NCBI GenBank assembly: GCA_030523945.1
Contig: JAUNHM010000001.1
Coordinates: 1 to 50,980, forward strand
Reading direction: 5' to 3'
Origin: Microbacteriaceae bacterium
Lineage (GTDB): Bacteria > Actinomycetota > Actinomycetes > Actinomycetales > Microbacteriaceae
DNA length: 50,980 bases
The notes under the pieces were generated by a model. The model did not search any database. It had not been told where the DNA came from and was given only the letters and a program-made list of their open reading frames with translations. This document shows positions 40,352 through 50,980 of the stretch, one piece after another. Made by a program: the position numbers and the translations under genes. How positions within the stretch are numbered: position 1 is the first letter of the stretch; each line of letters begins with the position of its first letter.

Positions 40352-41617
40352 CTAGTTTTCAAAAGCCGGGTGTCCAGCGGTCTGCTCGACAATCGGGCGC
40401 AGCTCACGCAGCTGGGTGATGTGACGCGGAGTCAGCTCTTCCAGGTTTTCAACCTGCAGCAGTTTCATCGTACGCTCAATTTCACCACGCAAAATCTCGA
40501 TGGTTTTGTCAACACCGCGACGACCACCTGCCATCAAGCCGTATAGGTAGGCGCGACCGATCAGGGTAAACTTCGCACCCATCGCGATCGAAGCCACAAT
40601 GTCGGCACCGTTCATAATACCGGTGTCGAGCATCACAGTGGTGTCTTTACCAACCTCGCGCACTACCTCAGGCAGCAGATAGAACGGCACAGGTGCGCGG
40701 TCCAGCTGGCGGCCACCGTGGTTAGACAGCAGAATTCCGTCCACACCGTAGTCAACAAGTTTGCGCGAGTCCTCAACGGTCTGCACACCCTTAATCACAA
40801 TCTTGCCAGGCCACATTTCGCGAATAATCGCCAGATCGTCAAAGCTAATAGTCGGATCCATGGCGCTGTCAAGCAGCTGCGCAACGGTACCGCCGGTAGA
40901 GGTCAGAGAAGCAAACTCCAGCTTCGGCGTGGTCAGGAAGTTAAACCACCAAGCCGGACGCGGAATCGCGTTAATAATGGTACCGATAGTCAGCTGCGGC
41001 GGAATCGAAAAACCGTTACGGCGGTCACGCAAACGCGCACCAGCCACCGGCGTGTCCACAGTAAACTGCAGGGTGTCAAAACCGTTTGCCGCAGCACGCT
41101 TAACCAACTCGTAAGAAATCTCGCGCTGACGCATAACATAAAGCTGGAACCAGTTACGGCCGTGCGGGTTAGCCGCCTTCACATTTTCAATCGAAGTGGT
41201 GCCCAGGGTTGAAAGAGTAAAAGGAATGCCCGCCGCGCCCGCAGCTCCAGCACCTGCCGTCTCGCCCTCCGTCTGCATCAGACGGGTAAAACCGGTCGGC
41301 GCAATACCGAAAGGCATCGAGCTCGGCCCGCCCAAAATCTCGCAAGAGGTGTCTACAACAGGCACATTTTTCAGAATAGACGGGTGCAGTTCAATATCGG
41401 AAAAAGCCTTGCGTGCACGCGCCAGGCTGAGCTCACCCTCGGCAGCACCGTCGGTGTAGTCAAAAGCCGCTTTTGGGGTGCGTCTTGCCGCAATATCGCG
41501 CAAATCCCAAATAGTGTGAGCCTTTTCGAGCCGGCTCTCAGTCAGATTGAAATTCGGCTTCCGGAACTTCATAAGCTCAAAAATTTCTGATGGACGTGGT
41601 AGTTGGCGCTGGACCAT
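40352..41617 (-). CDS. lldD: FMN-dependent alpha-hydroxy acid (L-lactate) dehydrogenase
   Basis: [25 protein letters not shown] and GRAYLYGL motifs. Confidence 0.9.
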   Translation of the reverse strand: MVQRQLPRPSEIFELMKFRKPNFNLTESRLEKAHTIWDLRDIAARRTPKAAFDYTDGAAEGELSLARARKAFSDIELHPSILKNVPVVDTSCEILGGPSSMPFGIAPTGFTRLMQTEGETAGAGAAGAAGIPFTLSTLGTTSIENVKAANPHGRNWFQLYVMRQREISYELVKRAAANGFDTLQFTVDTPVAGARLRDRRNGFSIPPQLTIGTIINAIPRPAWWFNFLTTPKLEFASLTSTGGTVAQLLDSAMDPTISFDDLAIIREMWPGKIVIKGVQTVEDSRKLVDYGVDGILLSNHGGRQLDRAPVPFYLLPEVVREVGKDTTVMLDTGIMNGADIVASIAMGAKFTLIGRAYLYGLMAGGRRGVDKTIEILRGEIERTMKLLQVENLEELTPRHITQLRELRPIVEQTAGHPAFEN

Positions 41618-41810
41618 TTTTATCTCCTAACATCTGCGTTCAGCGGAATGATTCAACTATACTCCCCGAACCTGAGAAAAAACTAAAAATATACCATACC
41701 GCCCTAAAAATATTGGCATATATAAAAATTTGGGACGTTCAGGCAGTTTTATATATTTAGGAAAGCTCGCTTGCTAGAATGTAAATAAGTACTTAAAGAA
41801 GCGGGTAAAA

Positions 41811-42659
41811 ATGAAAATTGCACGAAAGGGCGAGCCGGGCCAGGAAATTCCGGTTGCTGAAATTGACGGAAAAACCTACGATTTGCGGCCGCTTGCGGGC
41901 GATATCGGGCCCGAGTTTTTTGCCGCGGGCGGTTTCGCGCTGGTACGGGCGGCTTTTGCGGCCGGTGAGCTGGCAGAAATCGACACCGCCGGGCAGCGAT
42001 TTGGGGCGCCCCTCGTGCGACCTGGCGTGATTTTGTGCAACGGCATGAACTATGAGCAGCACGCGATCGAGTCCGGATTTCCGCCACCGGCCAAGCCGAT
42101 CATGTTTTACAAACACACCAACACGCTGGCTGCGCCAAACGACGACGCGCCAATGTCCCGCCGCGCCACTAAATACGATTGGGAAGCCGAACTCGCCTTT
42201 GTAGTGGGCAAAACTTCGTGGGAACTGGAAAGTCCGGAGGCTGCTTTAGCGCATATTGCCGCGGTCACTGTCGCCGACGACATGTCGGAGCGGGTGTGGC
42301 AGCTGGAAGACTCCGGCGGGCAGTGGTCAAAGGGCAAAAGTCACCCGAAATCCACCCCGGTTGGCCCGTATCTGGTGCCAGTGGAAGACGTCGACCTGGG
42401 CAACTTGCAGATTAAAAGCTTTGTAAACGACGAGCCACGCCAAAACTCAAACACGAACGATATGATCGTCGACCCGGCAACACTGCTCTACCACCTGAGC
42501 CAGTATATGCAGCTGGATCCGGGTGATCTAATTTTGACGGGCACGCCGGAGGGAGACGCGCTGAGCAGCAGCGAATTCCCATTTTTGGAAGTTGGCGACG
42601 TTGTCCGCATCGAAATCCCAGGTATCGGCGAGCAAAAACACACCATCGTTGAGTACTAA
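41811..42659 (+). CDS. Fumarylacetoacetate hydrolase family protein
   Basis: GMNY..H, DWEAELA, D.SER..Q, W.KGKS and PGD.ILTGTP motifs. Confidence 0.92.
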   Translation: MKIARKGEPGQEIPVAEIDGKTYDLRPLAGDIGPEFFAAGGFALVRAAFAAGELAEIDTAGQRFGAPLVRPGVILCNGMNYEQHAIESGFPPPAKPIMFYKHTNTLAAPNDDAPMSRRATKYDWEAELAFVVGKTSWELESPEAALAHIAAVTVADDMSERVWQLEDSGGQWSKGKSHPKSTPVGPYLVPVEDVDLGNLQIKSFVNDEPRQNSNTNDMIVDPATLLYHLSQYMQLDPGDLILTGTPEGDALSSSEFPFLEVGDVVRIEIPGIGEQKHTIVEY

Positions 42660-42833
42660 ACCTCCCTCATCAAGCGGGAAAACAAGAGCGTGTAAAGCAA
42701 GTAACAGACACAGGGCAGCAGAAAAATATTGAGCAAAAACTAAGCAAGTTACTTCCAAAAAATAAAATAGAGCAAGCCAGAGACTGAAAAACACTCAGAC
42801 ACGGCGGAGCAAAGAAGGGTAAAATTGTAGATT

Positions 42834-44495
42834 ATGACCCCAGCACAAATTGCCAGCGAACTGCACCGAATTTTGAGCGGAATAATTGCCGCAGCCGGTG
42901 CCGAAATCGACGTAACCGCAGCCAGCCTCGCACCAGAACGGCCAAAAAACCGCGACCACGGCGACTGGGCATCAAACGCGGCGATGCAATACGCCAAACG
43001 ACTCGGCACCAACCCGCGCGCGCTCGCAGAACAGATCGTTGCCGAACTTGAGCAGGTTAGCGGCATTGACAAAGCCGAAATTGCAGGGCCGGGGTTCATC
43101 AACATCACCCTCGACGCGGCAGCAGCCGGGCAGATCGCGCAAGACATCGTGCTCGCAGGCAGCAAATACGGCACCAGCGACGCGCTAGCAGGGCACTCCA
43201 TCAACCTCGAATTTGTTTCTGCCAACCCGACAGGGCCACTGCATCTCGGCCACACCCGCTGGGCGGCACTCGGTGACTCGATCGGGCGCCTGCTGCAAGC
43301 GACCGGGGCAAATGTGGCGCGCGAATACTACATTAACGACGCCGGCTCGCAGATGCAAAAATTTGGGCGATCAGTGCTGGCAGCAGCGCTTGGCCAGCCA
43401 CAACCTGCAGACGCATACCCGGGCGAATATATCCAAGACCTCGGGCGCCACGTTGTCAGCCAGGTGCCAAACCTGGCAGATTTGCCGGCTGACGAACAAC
43501 TAGCGCAAGCCACCGAAATTGCCTACCAAAAACAGCTCGCCGAAATTAAAGACTCGCTGCAACGGTTTAATGTGCACTTCGACATTTGGTTCTCAGAGCG
43601 CACCCTGCACGCCGCCGGGCCAAACGGTGAAAAAAGCCACATCATGACCGCGCTTGACCGGCTGCGCGAACAAGGCCACGTTTACGACGCAGACGGTGCA
43701 GTTTGGATTCGCACAACTGACTTCGGCGACGACAAAGACCGCGTGTTTACCCGCGCAAACGGCGAACACACCTATTTTGGGGCGGACGCAGCCTACTATC
43801 TATCTAAAAGCGACCGCGGCTTTTATGAAAAAGTTTATATGCTCGGCGCCGACCACCACGGCTATGTCGGCCGCCTGCGCGCGCTCGCCGGAGCCGCCGG
43901 AGAAGACGCTGACAAACAACTCACCGTGCTGATCGGGCAGCTGGTCAACCTCAACGGCGCAAAACTCTCAAAACGTGCCGGCAACATTGTCGAACTCGAC
44001 GAACTGCTCGAATGGCTCGGCTGCGATGCAGTACGCTACTGGCTTGGCCGCTACCCGGCAGACTCGCCACTCAACCTCGACGGAGAAGAACTGCGCAAAC
44101 AGAGCAACGATAACCCGGTGTTTTATGTGCAATACGCTCACGCGCGCACCCGTTCCGTCGCCCGCAACGCTGAAGCCGCAGGGCTAGAGCGCGGCGCGTT
44201 CGCACCAGAACTACTGACCCACCCGGCCGAAACCGAACTTTTGGGCAGACTCCAGCAATACCCGACCATCGTCGCTGGCGCTGCGCAACTGCGCGAACCG
44301 CACCGTGTTGCTCGCTTCCTCGAAGAACTCGTCGCCAGCTATCACCGCTGGTATGACAACTGCCGAGTTTTGCCTGGCGCAGACGAAACCGCAAGCGACC
44401 TGCACTCAACCCGCCTCTGGCTGAACGACGCCGCAGGACAGGTGATCCGTAACGGGTTGGAGCTGCTGGGAGTGAGTGCGCCAGAAAGAATGTAA
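42834..44495 (+). CDS. argS: Arginine--tRNA ligase
   Basis: AGPGFIN, SANPTGPLHLGH, GADHHGY and YVQYAHAR motifs; C-terminal APERM. Confidence 0.98.
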   Translation: MTPAQIASELHRILSGIIAAAGAEIDVTAASLAPERPKNRDHGDWASNAAMQYAKRLGTNPRALAEQIVAELEQVSGIDKAEIAGPGFINITLDAAAAGQIAQDIVLAGSKYGTSDALAGHSINLEFVSANPTGPLHLGHTRWAALGDSIGRLLQATGANVAREYYINDAGSQMQKFGRSVLAAALGQPQPADAYPGEYIQDLGRHVVSQVPNLADLPADEQLAQATEIAYQKQLAEIKDSLQRFNVHFDIWFSERTLHAAGPNGEKSHIMTALDRLREQGHVYDADGAVWIRTTDFGDDKDRVFTRANGEHTYFGADAAYYLSKSDRGFYEKVYMLGADHHGYVGRLRALAGAAGEDADKQLTVLIGQLVNLNGAKLSKRAGNIVELDELLEWLGCDAVRYWLGRYPADSPLNLDGEELRKQSNDNPVFYVQYAHARTRSVARNAEAAGLERGAFAPELLTHPAETELLGRLQQYPTIVAGAAQLREPHRVARFLEELVASYHRWYDNCRVLPGADETASDLHSTRLWLNDAAGQVIRNGLELLGVSAPERM

Positions 44496-44513
44496 CCCGG
44501 AGCGTAACCGCAA

Positions 44514-45425
44514 ATGCAGCCGCACTACAGCGAAAACGAACCGAACGCCGCACCACCGCACGCCAGCCTCGGCCATGACAGTGCTGCCGGCACATTTGAG
44601 CAAAGCACCGCAGCGTTCCGCAAAAAACGCCGCCGCAAACGCCTGATAATGTGGCTCGGCGGCACGTTTGGCACGCTGTTGCTGCTTGCAGTGCTCGCAG
44701 AAATTTTACTGCGCATTTTTGTGCCCATGAAAACGGCCGAAATGATCCGCAAAACTGCAGATCTCGGGCCGGAGAGTAAAATCGAAATGCAAATCGGCGG
44801 GCTGCTCGTGCCGCAAATCTTGACGGGAAAAGTGCATAACCTCAGCGCGCAAATATACGATTTTAAACTGCCACAAAACGCCGGATTTGCCGATGTGAAA
44901 GTGTGGCTCGGCGCGGTGGAAATTTTCCCCGCAACGTTTAAACTCGAAAACGCAACCGTAGCTGCTCAAGTAAATAACCGGCAATTTACCGGGCTGCTGA
45001 GACATTTTGCGCCGCAGTATGTGGATAGCGCCGAAATTCACGACGGCTATATTTACGGTGCCAAAAACCTTAATGTTTACGGGCGTGACATTCCGTTATC
45101 GGTGCGGGTGAGCGGGTCTGCTGGAGACGGTGGCGGTCTGGTTTTGACCCCGCACGAGGTGAGTGCAAGCGGCGTTGCGGTGACACCCGAAGAGCTGGAA
45201 AGACTGGCCGGTGGGCAGATTGGCGAATTTGCGCAGCAATATGGCGGGCCGGTCGAAATTTGCCTGGACAGCTGGCTGCCGCACGGCGTTCGTCTGGACA
45301 CAATCGTGGAGCAAGAAAACAAACTGACCGTGCTGGTAAACCTGGACGAAAACATTGTGCGCGACAAACGTTTGCAAAAAGAGCGCGGCAAATGTGAGCC
45401 GCCGGGATATCGAATTTTGAAATAG
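44514..45425 (+). CDS. LmeA/DUF2993-like membrane-anchored protein
   Basis: Basic stretch plus one TM helix, then a beta-rich domain (PQILTG, C....LP.G..L); position after argS. Confidence 0.6.
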   Translation: MQPHYSENEPNAAPPHASLGHDSAAGTFEQSTAAFRKKRRRKRLIMWLGGTFGTLLLLAVLAEILLRIFVPMKTAEMIRKTADLGPESKIEMQIGGLLVPQILTGKVHNLSAQIYDFKLPQNAGFADVKVWLGAVEIFPATFKLENATVAAQVNNRQFTGLLRHFAPQYVDSAEIHDGYIYGAKNLNVYGRDIPLSVRVSGSAGDGGGLVLTPHEVSASGVAVTPEELERLAGGQIGEFAQQYGGPVEICLDSWLPHGVRLDTIVEQENKLTVLVNLDENIVRDKRLQKERGKCEPPGYRILK

Positions 45426-45531
45426 GCGTTGTTTGGTGAGGTGCGGTTTTACGACGAAAACCGGTTTTCAGCAATTTACTAGACAAAATATAGCAGAATA
45501 GAACTTAAGATTTGAACGCGATTGGAGAAAA

Positions 45532-46821
45532 ATGTCTAAGGCCCAGACCCTAAAAATTGCCTTGCTCGGAGCCGGTTCGGTTGGTTCGCAAGTTGCCCGG
45601 CTGTTGCTGGAAATGCGGGAAGAGTATGCGGCGCGTGCCGGGGTTGTGCTGGAACTTGCTGGCATCGCCGTGCGTAACCTTGACGCGCAACGCGAGGTGG
45701 AATTACCGCAGGAACTTTTCACGACAGACGCGGCGGATCTGGTCGAGAGCGCAGATATTGTGGTCGAGGTGATGGGCGGAATTGAGCCTGCTCGCACTCT
45801 GATTTTGCAGGCTTTGGCAGCGGGGAAAGACGTGGTTACCGCAAACAAGGCGCTAATTGCCGCACACGGCAGCGAACTGCACGAAACCGCGGCAAAACAC
45901 GGTGCGCAACTGACATATGAGGCGGCTGTTGCCGGGGCAATTCCGATTTTGCGGCCTTTGCGCGACAGCCTCGCCGGCGACCGGGTGCAGCGGGTTATGG
46001 GCATTGTAAACGGTTCCACCAACTACATTTTAGACAGCATGTATCGCTTTAACAAAACCACTGAAGAGGCTATGAAAACTGCTTCTGATCTGGGATATTT
46101 GGAAGCGGACCCGACTCTTGACGTGGAAGGATTTGACGCCGCTTCGAAAGCAACCATTTTGGCGCGTCTGGCTTTTCACGCGGATGTGCCGGAGAGTGCC
46201 GTGCACCGGGTCGGTATTACCGGGGTCAGCGCAGAAGACGTGGCGCTCGCTAAAGAAAATGGCGAAGTGATCAAACTGCTCGCTGTCACAGAACGGGTGC
46301 AGGGCGAAAAAGAGGAATCTGCGCTGGCGGTGCGAGTGCAGCCGGTTTTGCTGCCGGAAACCCATCCTTTGGCGGGTGTGCAGGGTGGTAAAAACGCTAT
46401 TTTTGTGCAGGCTGATGCGGCCGGTGAGCTGTTTTTTGCCGGGGCCGGCGCCGGAGGTGTGGAGACCGCTTCGGCAGTGCTCGGCGACCTGATTGTGACC
46501 GCGCGCCGTGTGGCTGCCGGGGGAGCGGCCGTTGCCCCAACTACCCATGCAAAACTGCCGGTGCTTAGTTACAGCGAAAGTACCGCCGCATGGCAGGTGC
46601 GGGTGCGGCTGAACGGGAAGCCAGTAGCTAAAATCAATATGAAATTCTCGGCAAAAGGTGTGGTCGCAAAAGTTAGCCACGACCGGGAAAAAGACGAGCT
46701 CGTGCTGCGTACCGAACAGACTCCTGTCGCGAACCTGCAAGCGGCTGTGCAGCACCTGCAAAACCTCGTGCCAGAGGTAGAAATCCTCAGCATTATCGAC
46801 GTGATCGAGGTGTCGGCATGA
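45532..46821 (+). CDS. hom: Homoserine dehydrogenase
   Basis: GAGSVG, VVTANKA, EAAVAGAIP, GIVNGSTNYIL and EADPTLDVEG motifs. Confidence 0.96.
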   Translation: MSKAQTLKIALLGAGSVGSQVARLLLEMREEYAARAGVVLELAGIAVRNLDAQREVELPQELFTTDAADLVESADIVVEVMGGIEPARTLILQALAAGKDVVTANKALIAAHGSELHETAAKHGAQLTYEAAVAGAIPILRPLRDSLAGDRVQRVMGIVNGSTNYILDSMYRFNKTTEEAMKTASDLGYLEADPTLDVEGFDAASKATILARLAFHADVPESAVHRVGITGVSAEDVALAKENGEVIKLLAVTERVQGEKEESALAVRVQPVLLPETHPLAGVQGGKNAIFVQADAAGELFFAGAGAGGVETASAVLGDLIVTARRVAAGGAAVAPTTHAKLPVLSYSESTAAWQVRVRLNGKPVAKINMKFSAKGVVAKVSHDREKDELVLRTEQTPVANLQAAVQHLQNLVPEVEILSIIDVIEVSA

Positions 46822-47729
46822 GTTTTGTAAAAGTTTTTGCCCCGGCCACCAGCGCCAATCTTGGGCCAGGTTTTGACAGTCTAGGCATGGCTTTTAACTA
46901 TGGCGATACCTACACCGCCCAGCTTAGCAGTCAGCCGGGTGTGCGCGTAACGGTTACCGGCGACAGCGGCAAAGATGTGCCGAGCGACCACACCAATCTC
47001 GTGGCCAAAACCCTGCTCTGGACCTATGACAAAGTGCGTGCACCGCGTCCTGCCGGCATTGAAATTACCTGCGAAAACGTGATTCCGCACGGTCGCGGAC
47101 TAGGCTCTTCTTCAGCCGCAACTGTGGGTGGGTTGCTGCTCGCAAAAGGTCTGCTCGGTTTACAGGGCATGGAAATTAGTGAGCGGCAGTTGCTTGATTT
47201 TGGGGTCGAAATTGAAGGTCACCCGGACAATATCGCACCCTGCCTGCTGGGCGGTTTGGTAGTTGCCTGGATGGATCGGCGCGAACCTGGCGCGCAGCAA
47301 CTGCAGTGGCACGAAAATATTGAACCACTGCTGCTCGTGCCAAATTTTACGCTTTCCACCGAACACGCGCGCAGTTTACAGCCAGACACTGTGCCGCTGG
47401 CCGACGCATGTTTTAACGTTTCGCGCGCGGCGCTTTTGGTTGCAGCCCTTACCCACAATCCAGAGCACCTGCTGGCCGCCACCGAAGACAGGCTCCACCA
47501 GGACTATCGCGCCGGAGCTATGCAAGCAAGCCACCAGCTGCTGGTGCAGTTACGCGAAAAAAAATTTGCTGCGGTGGTTTCTGGCGCCGGCCCGTCTCTG
47601 CTGGTTCTCTGTAAAAACACGGTAGAAAGGCAAAAAGCGAGCGACTTTGTTGCCGAGCAAGCTGCAGACTGGCAGCGACTCGCACTTGATATTGCACCAC
47701 AAGGTGCTAGACTAGAAGTAGTGGCTTAA
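46818..47729 (+). CDS. thrB: Homoserine kinase
   Basis: PATSANLGPGFD, PHGRGLGSS, EGHPDN and SGAGP motifs. Confidence 0.97.
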   Translation: MSFVKVFAPATSANLGPGFDSLGMAFNYGDTYTAQLSSQPGVRVTVTGDSGKDVPSDHTNLVAKTLLWTYDKVRAPRPAGIEITCENVIPHGRGLGSSSAATVGGLLLAKGLLGLQGMEISERQLLDFGVEIEGHPDNIAPCLLGGLVVAWMDRREPGAQQLQWHENIEPLLLVPNFTLSTEHARSLQPDTVPLADACFNVSRAALLVAALTHNPEHLLAATEDRLHQDYRAGAMQASHQLLVQLREKKFAAVVSGAGPSLLVLCKNTVERQKASDFVAEQAADWQRLALDIAPQGARLEVVA

Positions 47730-47867
47730 CCGGCCGCCCAGTTTGGGTTGCGCGCCGAGCCGCTTTAATTACTGCTGCACAATTTGAGCAGCCCGTACAC
47801 TCGTACGTTTATTACTGAAGCTATCGCAAAACCGAGCAGGTTTGTAGCTTGAATGAAAGGACCTGAA

Positions 47868-49787
47868 ATGGCAACCGAAGAAACCAACCCGGAAATTGGC
47901 GTAGAAGCCACCGCAGAAGCGCCAAAACGTCGTCGTGTGAGCCGACGAGTAGTGAAAAAAACTGACGAATCTGCGCTCGAAGTGACTGAAGCAGCTGCCG
48001 CAGAAACTGCCGAGGCACCAGCCGAACCGGCTGCAGAAGCGCCGAAAAAAAGGGTAAGCCGGGCGCGCAAAAAAGCCGCCGCTGCTGAAGAAAACAATGC
48101 CGCAGAGGCAGCAGAAACCGCAGAAGCTGGAACCGCAGAAGACGCAGCTGACGAGCCGAAAAAACGCGTAACTCGCGGTCGTCGCAAAAAAGCCGACATC
48201 GAAGCTGAAGCAGCCGCTGCCGAAACCGAGACAGCTGCACAAACCGCAGAAACCGGCTATGAAACAGCAGAGACCGCAGAGGTGTCAGAACCGAAACAGC
48301 GCACCAGCCGCACCCGCCGCACCAAAGCTGCTACCGCAGAAGCCGAGCAGACAGACGCAACCGAAGCAGCCGCTGGCGAAACCAGTGAAACCGGCGAAAC
48401 CGAGGCTGCAGCAGAAAAACCAGCACGCACCCGCGGTCGCCGCGCGAAAAAAGCAGCAGAAACTGAAACCTCCGCAGAAACCGGAGAAACCGCTGCGAGT
48501 GACGGATCTGCAGAAGCTGACACCGCGGCTGAAACCGGAGAAAACGAGGCAAAAGACGGCTCAAACAGTGAAACCGCACAGCGCGAAAACGGCCGCAACC
48601 GCACGCGTCAGCGCGACCGCAAACGCCGCAACAACCAGGACGACTTCGACGAACTCACCGAAGAAGATGTGCTGTTGCCAATCGGTGGTATCCTCGACGT
48701 GCTCGACAACTACGCGTTCGTGCGCACCACCGGTTATCTGCCGGGCGTGAGCGATGTTTACGTGTCACTCAGCCAGGTAAAACGCTACGGACTGCGCAAA
48801 GGTGACGCGATCGTCGGCGCAATCCGCCAGCCACGCGAGGACAACCAAAACACGCGCCAAAAATACAACGCACTGGTTAAAATTGACACCATCAACGGTG
48901 CAACCGCAGAAGAAGCCGCACAGCGACCAGAATTTGCGAAACTCACCCCGATCGCACCAGACCAGCACATCGCGATCAGCGACCACATCGACAGCGGGAT
49001 TGCGCGGGCAATCGACCTGTTTGCACCGCTCGCGGTCGGTCAGCGCGGCGTAATTTCAGCTTTGCCTGGCAGCGGCATCACCGAAACTCTGGTGACCATC
49101 GGTAACGGCTATGGCAAAGCCCTGCCAGACGCACACCTTGTGCTCGCGCTCGTAGGGACCCGGCCCGAAGAAGTTACAGAACTGCAGCGCAGCTTTAACG
49201 GCGAAGTGATCGCCGCGACAGCCGACGCGCCAGTCGAAGACAAACTCACCGTTGTTGAACTCGCTCTCGAGCGCAGCAAACGGCTCGTCGAAATCGGTCA
49301 CGATGTAGTGTTGCTCATTGACAGCATTGCCGCATTTGAAGACGCATACGCGCTAGCAAACTACAACCCGCGCAACCCGATCGTCCTCACCCGCGGACTC
49401 GACCCGCTCGCAAGCGCCGCAGCAAGCAGCGTATTTGCTGCAGCACGCAACATCGAAAACGGCGGATCCCTCACCATCTACACCGCCGCAGCCGCCTATT
49501 CACACACCAGCGAAGATCTGCAGCGCACCGCGAACTGGACCCTCGAACTGGACCTCAGCCTTGCACAAGCCGGGATTTTCCCAGCTCTGCACCTAAACGG
49601 CACCCGCTCACGCCTAAACCAGGCCGACAACCCGGCCAGTGAGACCATCGCAAAAGCGCGTCAGACACAAGCCGATCACAGCGCATTTGCAGGCAACGGT
49701 GCTGACATAACCGACATCATTGCCGCCCTAAACTCCGCCAAAACCCGTGACGAAGCGGCAACCAAAATCGCCGCACTGCTCGCCTAA
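47868..49787 (+). CDS. rho: Transcription termination factor Rho homologue with degenerate ATPase motifs
   Basis: Actinobacterial N-terminal charged insertion; [30 protein letters not shown] and [13 protein letters not shown] motifs; lies between thrB and prfA. Confidence 0.9.
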   Translation: MATEETNPEIGVEATAEAPKRRRVSRRVVKKTDESALEVTEAAAAETAEAPAEPAAEAPKKRVSRARKKAAAAEENNAAEAAETAEAGTAEDAADEPKKRVTRGRRKKADIEAEAAAAETETAAQTAETGYETAETAEVSEPKQRTSRTRRTKAATAEAEQTDATEAAAGETSETGETEAAAEKPARTRGRRAKKAAETETSAETGETAASDGSAEADTAAETGENEAKDGSNSETAQRENGRNRTRQRDRKRRNNQDDFDELTEEDVLLPIGGILDVLDNYAFVRTTGYLPGVSDVYVSLSQVKRYGLRKGDAIVGAIRQPREDNQNTRQKYNALVKIDTINGATAEEAAQRPEFAKLTPIAPDQHIAISDHIDSGIARAIDLFAPLAVGQRGVISALPGSGITETLVTIGNGYGKALPDAHLVLALVGTRPEEVTELQRSFNGEVIAATADAPVEDKLTVVELALERSKRLVEIGHDVVLLIDSIAAFEDAYALANYNPRNPIVLTRGLDPLASAAASSVFAAARNIENGGSLTIYTAAAAYSHTSEDLQRTANWTLELDLSLAQAGIFPALHLNGTRSRLNQADNPASETIAKARQTQADHSAFAGNGADITDIIAALNSAKTRDEAATKIAALLA

Positions 49788-49804
49788 AAGATAGCAGGAG
49801 AAAA

Positions 49805-50884
49805 ATGTTTGAACAGGTAGCAGGGCTGCTCGAAGAGCACGCCGAACTGCAAGAGCAACTCGCCGATCCAGAACTGCACGCAGACGCCGGACGAGCCAAA
49901 AAAGTCAACCGCCGCTATGCAGAACTGAGCAAAATCAAAGCCGCACACGAAAACTGGCAGCAAACCGGTGAAGACCTGGAAGCCGCCCGCGAACTGGCAA
50001 AAGAAGACGAAATGTTTGCCGACGAAGTACCAGCTCTCGAAGAGGCGCTCGCCGAAGCGCACGAGCGGGTGCGCAGGTTGCTGATTCCGCGCGACCCAGA
50101 TGACGCACGCGACGTAATCCTCGAAATCAAAGGCGGGGAAGGTGGAGCCGAATCTGCCCTGTTTGCCGCTGATTTGCTGCGCATGTACAGCTATTATGCC
50201 GAATCAAAGGGCTGGAAAACCGAAATTTTGGAAAGCGACGAAAGTGACCTGGGCGGCTACAAAAACGTGCAGGTTGCGATCAAAGCCAATGCCAGCGACC
50301 CGTCGCAAGGAGCCTGGGCGCACCTGAAATACGAAGGCGGCGTGCACCGCGTGCAGCGCGTGCCAGTGACCGAATCGCAGGGGCGCATCCATACTTCCAC
50401 AACCGGCGTGCTGGTTTTTCCGGAGGTAGATGAGCCAGAAGAGGTCGAAATTAACCAAAACGACCTGAAAATTGATGTTTACCGCTCGAGCGGACCGGGC
50501 GGACAGAGCGTGAACACAACCGACTCTGCCGTGCGCATCACCCACATGCCGACCGGCATCGTCGTGTCCATGCAAAACGAAAAAAGCCAGCTGCAAAACC
50601 GAGAGGCCGCCATGCGTGTGCTGCGGGCGCGGCTTTTGGCCAGGCAGCAAGAAGAGGCCGATGCCGAGGCCAGCGCACACCGCAAAAGCCAGATTCGCAC
50701 CATGGATCGTTCCGAGCGCATTCGCACCTATAACTTCCCGGAAAACCGCATCGCCGACCACCGCACCGGCTTCAAAGCCTACAACCTTGACCAGGTAATG
50801 AACGGCGCACTTGGCCCGGTGATCGAATCGTGTATTCACGCCGATGAGGAATCGCGGCTGGCAGAACTGGGGCAGGACGGGTAG
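49805..50884 (+). CDS. prfA: Peptide chain release factor 1
   Basis: [20 protein letters not shown] (PVT), GGQ and IRTYNFP motifs. Confidence 0.98.
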   Translation: MFEQVAGLLEEHAELQEQLADPELHADAGRAKKVNRRYAELSKIKAAHENWQQTGEDLEAARELAKEDEMFADEVPALEEALAEAHERVRRLLIPRDPDDARDVILEIKGGEGGAESALFAADLLRMYSYYAESKGWKTEILESDESDLGGYKNVQVAIKANASDPSQGAWAHLKYEGGVHRVQRVPVTESQGRIHTSTTGVLVFPEVDEPEEVEINQNDLKIDVYRSSGPGGQSVNTTDSAVRITHMPTGIVVSMQNEKSQLQNREAAMRVLRARLLARQQEEADAEASAHRKSQIRTMDRSERIRTYNFPENRIADHRTGFKAYNLDQVMNGALGPVIESCIHADEESRLAELGQDG

Positions 50885-50980
50885 TTAGCGCTTTTTCGCA
50901 AATGTGCTTTGGCGCCAACGCGCTTTCGGGCCGTAGTAAAATTGCGGAATCGCACCATTTTGAAACCAGCCCTTCACGAA

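Noticed and set aside
40219-42833. tRNA-Arg as an integration site for lldD and the FAH gene
   Set aside because: No integrase and no duplicated tRNA 3' end were seen; the intervening genes are ordinary metabolic genes
47868-48650. Repetitive Ala/Glu/Thr- and Arg/Lys-rich N-terminus of Rho
   Set aside because: Long low-complexity N-terminal insertions are a known feature of actinobacterial Rho

Overview
This is a chromosomal, mostly housekeeping window from an actinobacterium. Gene content and order (DUF6350/PerM-purN-purH, fused kgd, argS-DUF2993-hom-thrB-rho-prfA) suggest Microbacteriaceae, probably a reduced host-associated Leucobacter/Canibacter-like lineage; the taxonomy is inference. 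About 39 CDS, one tRNA-Arg(CCG) and several intrinsic terminators are supported. No CRISPR array, transposase, integrase or prophage gene was seen. The most interesting signals are: (1) a MurT-GatD pair whose GatD lacks both glutaminase catalytic residues, preceded by a (TA)10 microsatellite and next to a GT4 glycosyltransferase, making it a candidate non-amidating D-Glu alpha-carboxyl ligase for group-B peptidoglycan; (2) a Rho with an intact RNA-binding region but degenerate ATPase motifs; (3) an Hsp90-like gene coupled to a large Cys-motif helical protein that is missing from the ORF track; (4) two tandem surface proteins, each built from three Cys-pair repeats; (5) a helically phased GAAAC array; (6) apparent clean gene losses (dxr/ispG, lysA/thrC). 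All family assignments come from motif recognition by eye, not from database searches.
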